DNA of 64,000 nt, taken from the NCBI RefSeq assembly GCF_009914755.1, contig NC_060939.1, one strand, 5' to 3'. The notes below the pieces were generated by a model, which was not told where the DNA came from, did no database searches, and saw only the letters and a program-made list of their open reading frames with translations. Of the stretch, positions 1 through 21,644 are shown piece by piece. The translations under genes and the position numbers were made by a program. Every line of letters begins with the position of its first letter. Position 1 is the first letter of the stretch. The DNA comes from the human T2T-CHM13v2.0 reference genome, Homo sapiens.

Positions 1-280
1 GCCCCTTATCATTTAAATTACAGCTTAATACTGTCACTTTATCAGAATGATCTTCCCTGATCACTGGTCTTAAGTAGCCCTCCCTTGGCCTCCATCTCCC
101 TACCCAGTCAAACATTCTCACGTCACCTATTTTATTCTTTTTCCTAAACTGATTTTCTTGTGTGTGTGTTGCCCCCAAATTTGAATGTTAGTATCACATA
201 ACCAAGGACTTTGTATTATGTACCACTGAAACCTAAGTACTCAGAGCTGTGCTTGGCACATAGTAGGTATTCAATGTTTT
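1..280 (+). mobile_element. L2 3'-end fragment
   Basis: gtgcttggcacatagtaggtattcaat is a typical L2 terminus. Confidence 0.55.
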
Positions 281-467
281 TTTCCTTTTAGTAGAAACCT
301 GTGTTGTTCAAAGGTATTCTATTTTTTTATTGAATGGATAAAGAATAGAGGCCTAGACCACAAGTTGAGGACCTTATTCCACTTAAATCATTTTCATCTG
401 TATTAGTAACATATATGTTGAGGAGATGAGCTCCAAAGGCAGTTTTTGACAGAATGAGTTACTATGA

Positions 468-680
<213 letters not shown>

Positions 681-1121
681 TAGAAGGTTAAAGTCCTCCC
701 AACCCCCATTTAGAGTTTCTGGTAGTTTCTTAGCTGTTAGTAGCCGGAAAGTTGAGCGGGAAAGTAATTTAACAGGTGACTTCAAATGGAATTTGTGGCA
801 TGTGAAATAAGTGGTGCAGTTTATTGACTTCTTAGTTATACTCCAAATCATTATGTTATTAATTCTGGCTTAAGCTTTTTATTCTAGCTATGTTCCATTA
901 AAATGGGATTGCCTAAAGAAATTTAGTATATGCCTGGCACTGCTCAGTTGAGTACAACAGTACTGGTTTAGAGTAGGAATAAAAATTATTGGAAATGACT
1001 TTTGTGGTACACTCATTTTGTACTGTTAGTGGATGTCTAGGGAAAGAGTACAGTAAAGCTAATGTTAGAACTAGAAAATAGCATTTTCTGGATGGGAGGG
1101 ACATTGATTTTGTTTATTTAA

Positions 1122-1247
<126 letters not shown>

Positions 1248-1817
1248 TAAGACTACATAGGTGGAAGGGACAATGCATATAGGAGGGCATTTAGAACCAA
1301 CCTTTGACTCTCTAGTGCCTTGAAGTCTCCTTGACGTTTACAGTATCGAGACATGGTTTTTGTAAGTCTCTGTCACAACATAAGCTTTGATGCTGATGAG
1401 GGAGGACAGAGCATTGACTATTTTCCACTGAAGAAACATGTTTCTTATAGAAACAAATACATATACTGTTTTTAAAAAACAAAATCACCCATTTCTACCA
1501 CTAAGAGATGATTACCATTAACACTGTTCTGTCTCTTCTTTTGTGTTGTATTTTTGTTTTGTTTTATAAAAATGGCAGCTTACCATTTTGTAATCTGCTT
1601 ATACTATTAATGCAACTTGACATCTATTATCAAATATATTTCTGCAACATTTTTGATAACCAAAGCTTCCATCTTCTTTAAGAGAATTTGAATTGACAGT
1701 AATAATTTATCTTAGAGTAAATATTATATTTAATGGAAAAGCCTCTTGGACTTTTAAAAATTAAACAGTTCTTTCTGTGGGTATTGAGCACATGATTTAA
1801 AACAAGTTTCTTTACAG

Positions 1818-1867
1818 AGAAACTTCACTTGCGGAGAACATTTGGCAGGAACAACCTCATTCTAAAG
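1818..1867 (+). CDS. BUB1B: BUB1B exon 12
   Basis: ttacag|AGAAAC...TAAAG|gtgagt; ETSLAENIWQEQPHSK; 50 nt. Confidence 0.95.
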
Positions 1868-2559
1868 GTGAGTTGTATTTGACAGCCTTGAGAAGAACTT
1901 GCTGATAACAAATGTATTATGTAATAAATGGTAAATATTTTTAATTATGATAAAGGGATTGAAAGACAGGGGGACTAGGATACTAGGAATTTAGTATAAG
2001 CATATGCTTTATGATAGGAAAGACATTTGAAAGAGTATTTTTTTAAAGATTCCTCAGTGCTTCAAAATATTTGGTTTAATTGTAATTTTAAATTTACACT
2101 AACCACCAAATCTTATACTTTAGTTACTGTACACTAAACAGCAAAGACACTAAGGGAAGTGTTTCTTTTCAGGGAAAAAAAAATTTAAAGCTATTTTATA
2201 CTCAAATTGGTTTTCTTTTCTTCAAAATGTGTTAAAAGTGGTGAAACATGAATATCTACTTGTAAATGGTTTGGCAAAAATAAAAATAAAAAACATTAAA
2301 ATCTAATTAAACCTCTGTTTCTAACCGTCAATTTATTGGAAATATAAAGCATGGAGGAACGTTGTTAAACAACACAGCGGGATGGAATTGGCAAAATCCA
2401 GCATTATGGGGCTAGCAACCCAGTTTGTTCAACAAAAATTCCCCCCAAAACTCTATAGAATAAAAGAGATTTAAGAGGCATTTGAACAGTCACAGTATAC
2501 GGATCTTAACTCTGCATTCCCAATTCAAACAAACTTTAAAAAAATTTTTTTTTATTTAT

Positions 2560-2855
<296 letters not shown>

Positions 2856-3263
2856 AAAACATTTTTTTAATTGGTAAAATATGAAACTTCTCACTGGACA
2901 TTTGATATTATATATATATTCATAAATTGTTCATTTTATAGGTAGGTATCATGTTTTGGGATTGGGATTTTTAAAAAGCCTCTTTTAGAAATATATACTG
3001 AAATATTTGCAGATAAAATGACATGTCTGGAATTTGCTTTAAAATAATCCTGTTGGGTTGGGTTTGGGGAGTAGTGACAGTGGTAGAGAATCTAAATGGA
3101 ACAAGATCATCTAAGTTTAGGTAATTGGTAAATTGTTTAATGACCTTTTATATGTTTGAAGCTTTTTGTTATTAAAAAAACAGGTTGCCTTCCTGCTTTC
3201 AAACAACACAAAATATTGATTAATTTATCTGGTTGTCTTGAAGAGTAAAGCATTTACTCCTAG

Positions 3264-3389
<126 letters not shown>

Positions 3390-3458
3390 TAAGAATTTTC
3401 TGTTATTATAAGTGAGGATAAATTAGGGGTTACTGTTATGAAAAAAATTGCTAAGTGA

Positions 3459-3608
<150 letters not shown>

Positions 3609-3682
3609 TAAATGGGCTAGTGGATTGTTTATTCAAAACCACAAAAGCTTAAGGTTAAAATTGAAACCACTGACTTGAATTA

Positions 3683-4445
3683 AGCACATGAAAAGATGCT
3701 CAGCATTACTACTCAACAGGGAAATGCAAATCAAAACCACAGTGAGATACTACTTTATATCCTCTAGGATAGCTATAATAAAAAATTACGCACAGTAACA
3801 AGTGTTGGCAAAATTGTGGAGAAATTAGAACATACATTACTGGTGGGAATGTAAAATGGTGTAGCCACTTTGGAAAACAGTTTGGCAGCTCTTTAAAATG
3901 TTAAACACAGTTACCATATGATCCTGCAGATCTCTGCCCAGGTATATACTCAAAATAATTGAAAACACATGTTCATACAAAAAATTTGTACACAAATGTT
4001 CATAGCCGTATTACTCATGATAGTGGAAACAACCCCAAATGTCCATCAACTGATGAATGGATAAACAAAATGTTATGTATCCATACCATGAAATATTATT
4101 TGGCAACAAAAAGGAATGAAGTACTAATACCTGTCACAACATAGATGAACCTTGAAAACGTTATGTCAAGTGAATGAAGCCAGATACAAAGACCACATAC
4201 TATATGATCTAATTTTCATGAAATATCCAGAATAGGCAAAAGTGTCATGGATTGAGGTTTTCCAGGGGATTAGAGGGTGGTGGAGAGTGACTGCTAATGG
4301 GTATAGGGTTTCTTTTTGGAGTGATGAAAGTATTCTGGAATTAGATAGTGATGATGGTTGTACAACCTTGTGAATTTACTAAAAACCACTGAAATATACT
4401 TTAAAAGGGTCAATTTTATGGTATATGAATTATATCTCAATTTTT
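3683..4445 (+). mobile_element. L1M-type ORF2 end and 3'UTR fragment
   Basis: gaaatgcaaatcaaaaccacagtgagata...aaatgtccatcaactgatgaatggataaacaaaatg...tatatctcaat; explains ORF 3959..4144. Confidence 0.85.
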
Positions 4446-5422
4446 ATAAGTAGGGAAAAATCACTAATTTTAAAGCCTTTTGTACTTTTAATTTTTTAAC
4501 CAACATAGCAAAAGACATTTGTTCTTTTTTATATAAAATACCTTTTTTGGCAATGCAAAAGTTATGTGGGCCAATCATTTTTCTTCAGTAATGTTCTATA
4601 TTAACCGCTATAGACTAATGACATAATACTTAAGGTAAAAAGACCCTGTGTAGACATTTAAGTCAAAATAAATAACCTGTATCATTGGCATTTTATTAAA
4701 GTTTTAAGGAGGAAAAATCATTCTCTTCAAACCAGCCTCTGGAAGCTTGTCATGAGACTGAAAAGAATTGAGTATGTTTAATCTGAAGACTTTTAAGGGG
4801 TGATGTGAGCAGTAGCTTTAGTAACTTAAAGCAGTGTTTTCCACATCCTAGGGAATCATTTGGAGGAAGTTTTTTAAAAGCACTTTTTCATTTTAGTTTC
4901 TTCTCTGTTGATGTATATTTTATATCCAGTAAACTGCACAAATATTGTACAGCTAGATGAATTTTTCCATGCAATTTTTTCCCATATCAAGATACAGAAT
5001 ATTTCCATCAACTCAGAAGAGACTAGCGAGTCTTTTGTGACTAACAGTGCTTAAGCCCCATTCCATCTAGGTGCCATTGGAATTTCCAGGGAAGAAGTCC
5101 AAGCATGTATTTTTGTCTTTTTAAAAATACTTTCTCAGATAATTCTGCTACAGTTAGTCTACTGACTGCTATGAAAAGACAGTGATGTAAGAGTAATTAA
5201 TTACATATTGTGTTCTGGAGTAAACCACCAGAGAACATGATGAACAGGCTAGATTTGGATACAGTGGTTCTAGATTCAGCTGTTCAAGGATATGCTTAAT
5301 TGTTAAAGGAGTCCAACTTCATTTACCTTTTTTTTTTTTTAACCAGTCTTTTACTTGAATTTTGTTAATAAGTACCTACCAGAATTTTCATCCCCTAAAA
5401 AAATCATATTTAAAATGTCTAA

Positions 5423-6133
<711 letters not shown>

Positions 6134-7043
6134 TATAATTTTTTTTTTAACTATACTTTGTTTCTTCCAGATGTACCTCCCACCTTTAGTTACTAAGTCA
6201 GAAATTCAAAGTATGTGTCAAATTGGTAATGATCTAGAAAATTAATCTCTGGTATCCATATGGGTTAAATCAAATAGGCACTATTTGTATACTACAGGTA
6301 AATATGTAAAGTGGTATAATCTCTCTGAGGACAGCTAAGTAATATAGATAAAGAACTTTAGTGTTTATAACCTTTTGACCTTACAATTCTACTTTTAGGA
6401 ATTAATCCTAAGAAAATTAAAGGATTTATAAAGATTTATGTATAAGGATAAAGTAGTTTTAAACTAGTAAAAAACAGAATAACCTGAAAGTTGGTTAATT
6501 TCTTATAGACCCACAATGTGGCCATTATGTTTTTAAAGAATTTTTAATAGCATAGGAAGGAAGAAATACAAAAAGTATGAGAAAGAGCAATACAGAGTAT
6601 CATGAATGCTACAGTTTCACTGGTTGTAAAACTGCTTTTCAAATGCATAGAATATGCTATGCATATATCCTACCAGACATACATGAATTGTCTTTAAGAA
6701 ATAAATAAAAATTAGGTATGTAGCATAGAGGAAGAAGACCTAAAAACTAGGAGGATAGCAAATCATTAGAATATTTACTAAGTGAAAGCAGAAGAAAAAT
6801 AGTATTTGTGCTTTAGTTCATAGGTGAAATTTGTTGAGGAACAAAACCATTGCCCAATATTTTTCTTTGTATGGAGAATCTTCCTGGTACATTTTTTGGA
6901 TGAAGTATAGTTTACTGTGTTCATGATATAAAAACCTTTTTATATTTGCCTAGATATTCTGATATGCTATTTCTGTACCCTGTGTCACTGAGCTAATATG
7001 TCTCTCTCAGTAAAAAAGTTCTTCATGTATTGAAATATTTTAG

Positions 7044-7346
<303 letters not shown>

Positions 7347-7681
7347 TGATTGGGGATTTACAGGTTTTACAAACCAGATTGTTTACTCTCTTATTCTGCA
7401 TGTGCTTGTCAGTTACAGTAATCAGTTATCAAGTTCTTACTAACTGCCAGGTACTGTGCTAAGTGCTTTACATGAGAGTAGGGCTGCCCCAGATGAAGTG
7501 TCAATGGGATTTAGTGATTGATTTGGATGTGAGGGTTAAAAGTAAATTTTGATGGTAGAGAAACTAAGTGGTCCGAGAGGAGTATAGTACCATTGAGGAA
7601 ACTTTGCAAAGTGTACATGACTGACGAAAAGGAGGCATTTAGTTTTTCTTTAATATTGAGTTTAAAATAGTGGTAGGATAG

Positions 7682-8015
<334 letters not shown>

Positions 8016-8207
8016 TAGGCAACTAGAGATGTGTTTTTTAAAAAACTATCTTTTGATAGAGAGGTGGAAATGAACTATGGAATAGATATGAGGGAATGGC
8101 TTATGGCCAGGGTCTGACACTTGTTTTAGGTCAGCTAATTTAACTAATTCCAGTTTTAGGAATTCTTTGTAATTGGCAAATTTTTGCTTTTAAAGCTACA
8201 TTTTGAG

Positions 8208-8310
8208 AGGCCAGATGCAGTGGCTCACCTCTGTAATCCTGGCACTTTGGGAGGCTGAGGGAGGCGGATCATTTCAGGCCAGGAGTTGAAGACCAGCCTG
8301 GTCAACATGG
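8208..8310 (+). mobile_element. Alu left-arm fragment
   Basis: ggccagatgcagtggctcac...gaccagcctggtcaacatgg. Confidence 0.8.
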
Positions 8311-8640
8311 CTGTACTCAAAAAAACTTTTTTTTGAAACTTTTTCCCTACAGGCTTTTAAGCACATTTGCTAGCATGTATTCACATTGCATGATTTGGGT
8401 TTCTCTTTTCTTTGCCTAACCTTTTCTTCTTGAAGAAAAAAAAGTCCAGAGAAAGGATAAAGAGGAAGAAAGTGTCAATGTTAGTGTTTCTCAATATTAT
8501 GGAATATAGAGTAGATATTTACTATAGGTAAATAAAGCATAAATCCAGAAATGTATGCTGGACATGGCTTATTCACCAGGTTTAGAGGAGGTTACCTAGA
8601 TTCTGATTTGGGGAAATAATGGACTTGAAAAATGAGACTA

Positions 8641-9036
<396 letters not shown>

Positions 9037-9142
9037 TGAGGCTATCAAATAAATTGATAACAAATTATAAATTATTTAAACCTAAATTTTATTGTGTTAA
9101 AAAATAAAAGAATAACATAAAATTATAAAATGTGTACATTAA

Positions 9143-9437
<295 letters not shown>

Positions 9438-9503
9438 AATGTATACATTAAGAATTTATGAAATTATAACAAAGTTGATATATATTATTCCTATAAGAAT
9501 TAA

Positions 9504-9991
<488 letters not shown>

Positions 9992-10024
9992 GTCTATGTG
10001 TTTTTCCTTCTTAAAGAAGTTGCC

Positions 10025-10370
<346 letters not shown>

Positions 10371-10403
10371 TCATAAACACCTGAGACAGGTGAGTGTAGT
10401 TAA

Positions 10404-10673
<270 letters not shown>

Positions 10674-10996
10674 TGAACTCATGTCCTCTGGTTCATGACA
10701 GTATACAAATAAGTGATTATTTGTACTTAAGCTTGATGCTTGAGCACTGTAAATATTCCTAGATTGTATTTTTTAAAAAAGCAATATAGAGGATGACACA
10801 TCAGTAACTTCATGTCCTAATAATAGGAATTATGTCTTCTCCTCTTGCAATCTTTAACAAATTATTTTTAAAAGTATTCTAGATACTACTAACTGGCAAA
10901 TACACCAGTGCCTCTATCCCTTAAACCAGGAGGTAAAAGCTACAGGGCTGTATATGTTCACAGTGATTTTTAAATGGAATCAAACTTTCTCAACAG

Positions 10997-11097
10997 GTAA
11001 TGAGGATTACTGCATTAAACGAGAATACCTAATATGTGAAGATTACAAGTTATTCTGGGTGGCGCCAAGAAACTCTGCAGAATTAACAGTAATAAAG
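10997..11097 (+). CDS. BUB1B: BUB1B exon 18 (pseudokinase N-lobe; last codon is K795 of VIK)
   Basis: caacag|GTAATG...TAAAG|gtggga; [33 protein letters not shown]; 101 nt. Confidence 0.96.
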
Positions 11098-11409
11098 GTG
11101 GGACTGATTCTTTATAATTTCAGTTACTTTGTAAATAATACGGATTGGAGCAATAACTGTCCTCATGTTACCATCAAATCTTTCTAATAATCTCTTTCAA
11201 TATGTCCAAATATATTAAGTATCCTTTCAGTTTCATTTTTTTTAGGAAATCTCTGCTGATACTTTCTGGCCTGCTCCAATCTGGACAAGTTATACATTAG
11301 CTTTCACACAATCACCACACACAATCACCTTGGAATTTCCATTTATTATCATCCTAGGTATTCACATTACCTTTGTCTTATATTGGATACCTAGTTTCTT
11401 TTTATCTTT

Positions 11410-11672
<263 letters not shown>

Positions 11673-12571
11673 CTAACTTTGCTTTTGAATTTTTTTGCCA
11701 TTCTGAGTCTCAAAGCTTTGTGTGAAGTTATTTTTCCTTCTTTCTGGATCCTTATAGGATCTTATTCTTGTCCCCACTATTCTGAAATGTCACAATTACA
11801 TGCCTTTTCATAAGTTTGTTGTCACTTATGTGCTAGGTACTCAATGGCCATTTCAATCTGTTAATTCCCTCAGTTCTGAGAAATTTTCTTCAATGGGAAA
11901 ATTATTTTTCCCCTCAGTTTTCTCTGTTCTCTTATTCTCTAATTCCTTTTATTAGAGGTGTATATGGCATCTTTGGACAGAACCTCTAAAAATTTAACTT
12001 TTTTTCTCCTATATTCTCTCTTTGTCTTTTTACTTTACTTTCTGAGTATATTATCAGCTTAATATTTTTGGTCTTTTTACTAGGTTTTTATTTCTATATT
12101 TAATTTTCAAGAGCTCTTTTTAAAATTTTTTACCCCTTTGTCATCTGTTTCTTCTTGTTTTCTTTTTTGTCTGTTTTGATCTCTCTCACACTACAGGCTT
12201 TCTTCAAGTCTTTGGCTCTCTATTCGTATTTAAGTATGGGACATTGAAAGCTCTGTGTATATGGAAAGACCTTGACAGCTGTGGACCTCAATGTAGGATG
12301 ATCTAGTTTGGCCATTTTATTGGAAAACCCTCCAATCTTTAGATCCTTTCTCTTGACCTGATCATAGAAGTCTTCTCCCTCAGAGAAGACTTCTAATTTT
12401 CTGCCTGGAGCATATAAGCCTGGCTGCTAGCTTTCTGAAATCTGAGTGAGGAAATTGGTCTGAAGAATAGAAGAGCAGGGAGGTGCATCTTAACTGCTGC
12501 ATATATAACATCTGATATATATACTTTTTCCTGTTTTCTATGTTATTTCTACCCCCCTCAGTGGTGCCTAG

Positions 12572-13021
<450 letters not shown>

Positions 13022-13352
13022 TACCTTCCTCTTAAATGGGATTCAATCACTCCTGTCTTAGCTCCACCCTCAGCCTCACTTCCATGGGTAATTGGTGCTG
13101 CCAGTTATATAGTATAGGAAAATAGCCTTGTAGTGTAAATGTAGCTCAGCTTTCTCCTCTGCCAAAATCAGTTTTTATTCTAATTGGATTGTTACCTCCT
13201 GTTCTCTTTCCAGCTTATCCTCTTTCCAGAATTTGTTGTTATTGTGTCTTTTATAGTAGATTTATGCCTTTAAAAATATCTCTTTATTATTTCTCTATCA
13301 GAAGGGCTGGAAGGAATGTGTTTCAACCTGCCAGCCATAACCATAGACTTAA

Positions 13353-13559
<207 letters not shown>

Positions 13560-14185
13560 TAAAGTCCTGAAGTAGAGAGATTTGTGCTCCATTTAGCAAA
13601 GGAATTTAGTACAAAATTCCTGTCAATCTTCTAGAAATAGACCAATTCAAGTATAAGTTAGAAGCATTGATAATTTTCTCGTTATTTTGACCAAAGATCT
13701 CTTTGGTATTTTTTTAACTTTTTTTGGTCCGTTGTCAAGCATAAATAAAAGTAGAATTGTACAATGAACTCCCATGAACTAGTCATCTATGATAATCTTA
13801 GCTCATGGTCACTCTTGTTTTAGCTATACTACCCCCACTGGATAGTTTTTAAAACCCAGACACAATATGTCATTTTACTCTTCGGTTTGTTCTTAAGAAG
13901 GTTTGCTATGGATTTTGATGATAATATGAATTCTCAAAAATGGTTGGAATGAGGGTATTTTAAATCCATTTATTAAGTACCTATTTTGGGCCAGGCTCAT
14001 GCTTGATGCCCTTCATCATTATGTCATTAAATCCTTACAAACAATCTTATGGGAGATGGCAGTGTTATTAAAACTGGGACATAGACTCAGTCTACAGAGG
14101 TGCCTACGTTCCAGTAGAGAACAAGGAAGACTACAAACCATCAGTTTTCAAGGTATTGAGTATAACTACGATCTGCCAAACTTGA

Positions 14186-14401
<216 letters not shown>

Positions 14402-14422
14402 TAAAACATGGATAGTTGCCAC

Positions 14423-14824
<402 letters not shown>

Positions 14825-16061
14825 TAAAATAATTCAAAGAAATAAACACATTGAGGAAATAGATTAAATCAGATAAAAGAATTAATCACTGAGTATTGTG
14901 ATGATATATGTCAAGATGAGATATAAAATATGAATATTTTGAGGAATATAAAGTGGATTGTTTAGTCATTCTTTGAGTGGGACCAGTGCCACTCTAGCGA
15001 GGATGCCAGCAAAATCAAGGCACTACTCAGTTTCATAGACCAAAGCTTAAGTCAGGCCTAACTGACCTGTTAGCCAAGAGAAGTGGGTAAAACCAGAGTT
15101 CAAATACAAACTATGCCAAGGAATGGGGTTTAGTGTTCAAATTAAACCCAGTGTGTCCATCAGGTTCAAGGGGTGAGCACAGAGCAGGAAATAATAAATG
15201 AATACTAAGGACTGAGAAAATATAGATCACGTTCAGGCATTAACTAGGCAAAAACAGTCCAACATTTTTGCTTTGTGAAAAGTACTAGAGGACTACTATA
15301 TTCTTTTAGTGATCATTGGTGTTATAGTATTTGAGTAAAAGCAGCCTGGTTTAAAGATGCTGTGTCTGCCCAACCCTGTGTCTTGGGTGAGGTGTTAACT
15401 TTGTTTCTGAGGCCACTGGTATACACTAATAGCTGGACTTACTCTTTACATTTCTTCTGAATACTTAATCTATCAGAAGAGATTGAATTAGACTCTAAAT
15501 TATAGTTAACGTGGAAATTAAAAGAACCCTCAATGTGTTCCTGTGATTGTAACCAAAAGAACCAGAGAATCCCACCTTCTCCCCTGAGATAGCAGAGTCA
15601 AAGGCTTTCCCAGACATAATGTAGCAGCATTTCTCATCCAGGGCACCATAGGTATTTTGGGTGAGACAATTCTTTGTGCAGGTGTGTTCCAAGCAATGCA
15701 GGATGTTTTATATTCCTATTCCCCCCCACCCACCCAATTAAGTGCAAGTAACAATCCCCTAAGCCGTTGTGACCACCAAAAATCCCCCCAAATTTCCAAG
15801 TATGAGAACCCCTGGTATATTTTCACTCTACTTAACATTAAAATGACAGTGCTGAAATTCCCAGGGCTATGGAAATTGGAAGCAGAGGTTTTTTCTAAGC
15901 CTTTTAGAATTGGCCATTTGTGGTCTAATGAAGTACGATAACCCTTCTCTCAGCCACTAGAGGCTCTAGGAAAGTCCATAGTATTAAAGAGGCATTGCTT
16001 TTTACTTTGTCACTGCTTATCAAATTTAATCAGAAATTTCACATAGATTCATAAGGAATTA

Positions 16062-16814
<753 letters not shown>

Positions 16815-17046
16815 AAAAGCCAGAAAGAACCTTTTGAAATTGCTTAGTTTAGTTGCTTACTTTAGTTTCTGCATATTTTTTGTGAGGAAAATGAGATCCA
16901 AAAAAATGGAATGTCCTACCCAAAGTAACAGTGAGTGAGTAGCTGATTAGAGGGCTAGGACACCTTCATGCATGCTTCTTTTTATTAATCTATGAGACAT
17001 TTTTTCCCTATGCCTCCAAAGTTATATAAATATTTTACAATTACAC

Positions 17047-17486
<440 letters not shown>

Positions 17487-18285
17487 TTATGGTGGCCAAA
17501 AAAGGTTGGCTCTTGTGCCAAGGAAAAATGAGAGCAATTATCAATTTTAAAGTAAAATACATAGATCATTCTGTGCCGTGGAGGTGTGTAATTGGAGTAG
17601 TTAAAGACTGTATTTAGGAATATTGCACCAATATCAGGAGTTTGAGGGAATTAATTGAGAAAAACAGACAAAAGGAACACATGAAAACCCACTCTTTTCA
17701 TTTATAAACAGTTCCTATGTCCCCTTGGAGAATAGCATTATTGCATAGGATAGATAAACCCAAGGAAAACAAAATTAATTGATAATTAATTAGTATTATA
17801 AAGATTTTTTTAGTAAATAACTGGAATTACAAGTAAGAGTAAGATAAAATATGGTGTTTTACAAGAAATTTTACAATACAGATAGGACTTTATAAAACAG
17901 ACTTGCATTGTTTTCCATTAAACTCTGGAAGGAAGAATCTAAACAATACTTGGAAAGCCTATCTGGAATAGTAAACAAGAAAGGCTATGACACCTATAAA
18001 ATTTTAATTTCCTCCATCATAATTCCTGTCAGTGTATAAATCATTGCAATTGTATGTGTTAATGTGTACAGTACAGGGAAGAAGCCTGTGCTCTGCTTCC
18101 ATACTTACTTTATATAATATGGAAGCTTGATAAATGTTTAATGGTGGCCATGCACCGTGATTGAAATATACTTTGTGTCACCAAAGTGGTGACATTCCTT
18201 CCGCATTGGGTGGACACTGCCACTGCTCTGTCTTACAGGTGCATTTTCAAAATTAACCACTGGAGGGAGTTGTTGGCATAGCTAA

Positions 18286-18570
<285 letters not shown>

Positions 18571-18769
18571 TGAGCAAATATGGAGAGGGTTTCTTAATCT
18601 CTTTATTATCTAGATAAGCTATAAAAGCTACTGTTTACTGATACCGACTCCTAGAATAGATGACCTAGTTTTCAAATATCACCAAGTCAAGTAAAATGTA
18701 ACATTTTTGTGTTACAGCATTGAAGAATATACACATACATGTGCAAACACATGACTAACTCTGTAACCG

Positions 18770-18930
18770 AGTGCCAGGGCCACTCCTACTGCCTACCACC
18801 CATGTAATCTTTTATAAGTCATTTTCTGTGATCTTCTCTGTAAAATAGGGATAACAGTCTCTGCTATGTGTTTATCAGAATTGTTATGAGGAGTAAATGA
18901 AGTAATGTATATAAAAAGAACATTAGCACA
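18770..18930 (+). mobile_element. MIR fragment
   Basis: ctctgtaaaatagggataa...gttatgaggagtaaatga core. Confidence 0.55.
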
Positions 18931-19334
18931 AATGTAAAGTCTTTTGTATGGTGGCATTATATGCAGAAATTCCTTCTAACTCAGCTTTAGACATAAGACA
19001 TTTGCTGATTGAATATGTAGCACAAACCTGAACTAATCATGTGGACCCCATTTAGATCACAGCTGGAGTTCATGCAAACTCAGTAGGTCTACAAATTTGA
19101 ATGTGATAGTCCAAATATTTCATCTTTTGTTCTTAAGGATAATTCCTAGAATTGGCTCTATTGATCACTTCTTTGGAGAGCTTCTCCCTTTACTGTAAGG
19201 GTGAGGAACAGTCTACTAAAATGTATGTCATAAAATAAACTTAGTTAAGCACTGTAATACCTTTCAACTTCCTACCGAAATAAGCTGCCATGGTAGAGGC
19301 AGAGAATTATTTTAGCTGATGGTGCTTTTTGTGA

Positions 19335-19448
<114 letters not shown>

Positions 19449-19785
19449 TAAGTATTGATGAATGTCAGGGTCTCTGCCTGTCCCAATAATTTTCTGTTTC
19501 TCTTGGGTGCTATCTCTGCTTTGGCAGCCTTAGTTTTTTAATCCAAATGCCATGGTTCCAGTAGTTTCAGCCAGTTTTCATTAGAGTATCAGCAGAGCAG
19601 CTAGTGCAGGAAAAAGGAACTGCTTACTAAAAATAAGATTCAAAACTATTCAGACTTCAGGACATCATTCTGAATCTAGCTGTATCTTCCAGACTACAGC
19701 TATAGTATGGAAGCTTCCCTGTTTAGATATGTGAAAAGAAGCATTTCATGAGAATAATTTTCTAACTAATTGGTGTTAGCCTTAA

Positions 19786-20094
<309 letters not shown>

Positions 20095-20324
20095 TAAATT
20101 CCTTTTTAATAGCAATTATTACCAAAAGTTAATAAGCATCCTTTGAAAAGACTTACATTTCTAAACTATATGCTAATTTTAGGCTATTTTTTATTTAATA
20201 AGTGGATAGAACCAAACCAGATAACTGACTCTCCTGGAGAAGAAGTAAGTGGTCTCTTAATAAGCACTGCTTGGTCTCAGAACCTTAGTACTCCCTCAAG
20301 CCTGCTCATAAAACTTACTAAGTC

Positions 20325-20612
<288 letters not shown>

Positions 20613-21380
20613 CTAAGTATCTACGTTCCACTTTAGCTTATCTTAGCAAATAAGTTCCCAGCCTGTCACCTATTGTTATATTCTTTGGTTAAAAAAAAAA
20701 ATGAGTGTTGAAGATTTAATGCCCCTTCTCTATTTTCATCTTTGAATAATTGAATTGTACTTTTCTCTTCATTTAATTCAGAACTTGGCCAGTGTTGTCT
20801 CTTACATGAACTTTTAAAAATAGGCTTGAAATACAATGTAAGACATATAGGATGGATATAGGCATGTCCACTTGGCTATGGTCCAGGCAGGTCTGGCTAA
20901 CACAAGCAGAAACAAGTGGGGTCAGTTGGGGTTTCCTAACAGCCCTGCCTTATCTAATAAGGGAAGTTTCTCTGATCAAAAGAAAATAATAAGAAGCAAA
21001 GGTACAAACATATTAAGCAGTAGTTAGTTTAGTCAAGCTTACGATTATCAGAGAATTGTAAAGAAGATCCACTACTGGGGTAGGAGAAAGGAGCTGTAGC
21101 CTTTTTAATGACCTAGACTCTAGGAAAGTTAGAGGAAATAAAATTCCTTTTTCTTCTATTTGTAGAAGAAAAGTGCTATGTCTTAGTACACAGAGGAAAT
21201 TTATAGATTTAGATGAGAGATCTTCTTTCCCTTTATGTGCATTGTATCTTGGCTTTTCCCACTATGGTAGCCCTTTTTTGTAGTTCTTCCCTGGGCTTTC
21301 AAAGGACTATTTGAATGATCTCTAACCCTAGAGTTCTAGGTATTACCTTACACCATTTTGGTGCATAAATGTACCACTGA

Positions 21381-21644
<264 letters not shown>

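Noticed and set aside
3959-4144. ORF with a KCPSTDEWINKM motif
   Set aside because: Decayed L1 ORF2 C-terminus, not an independent gene
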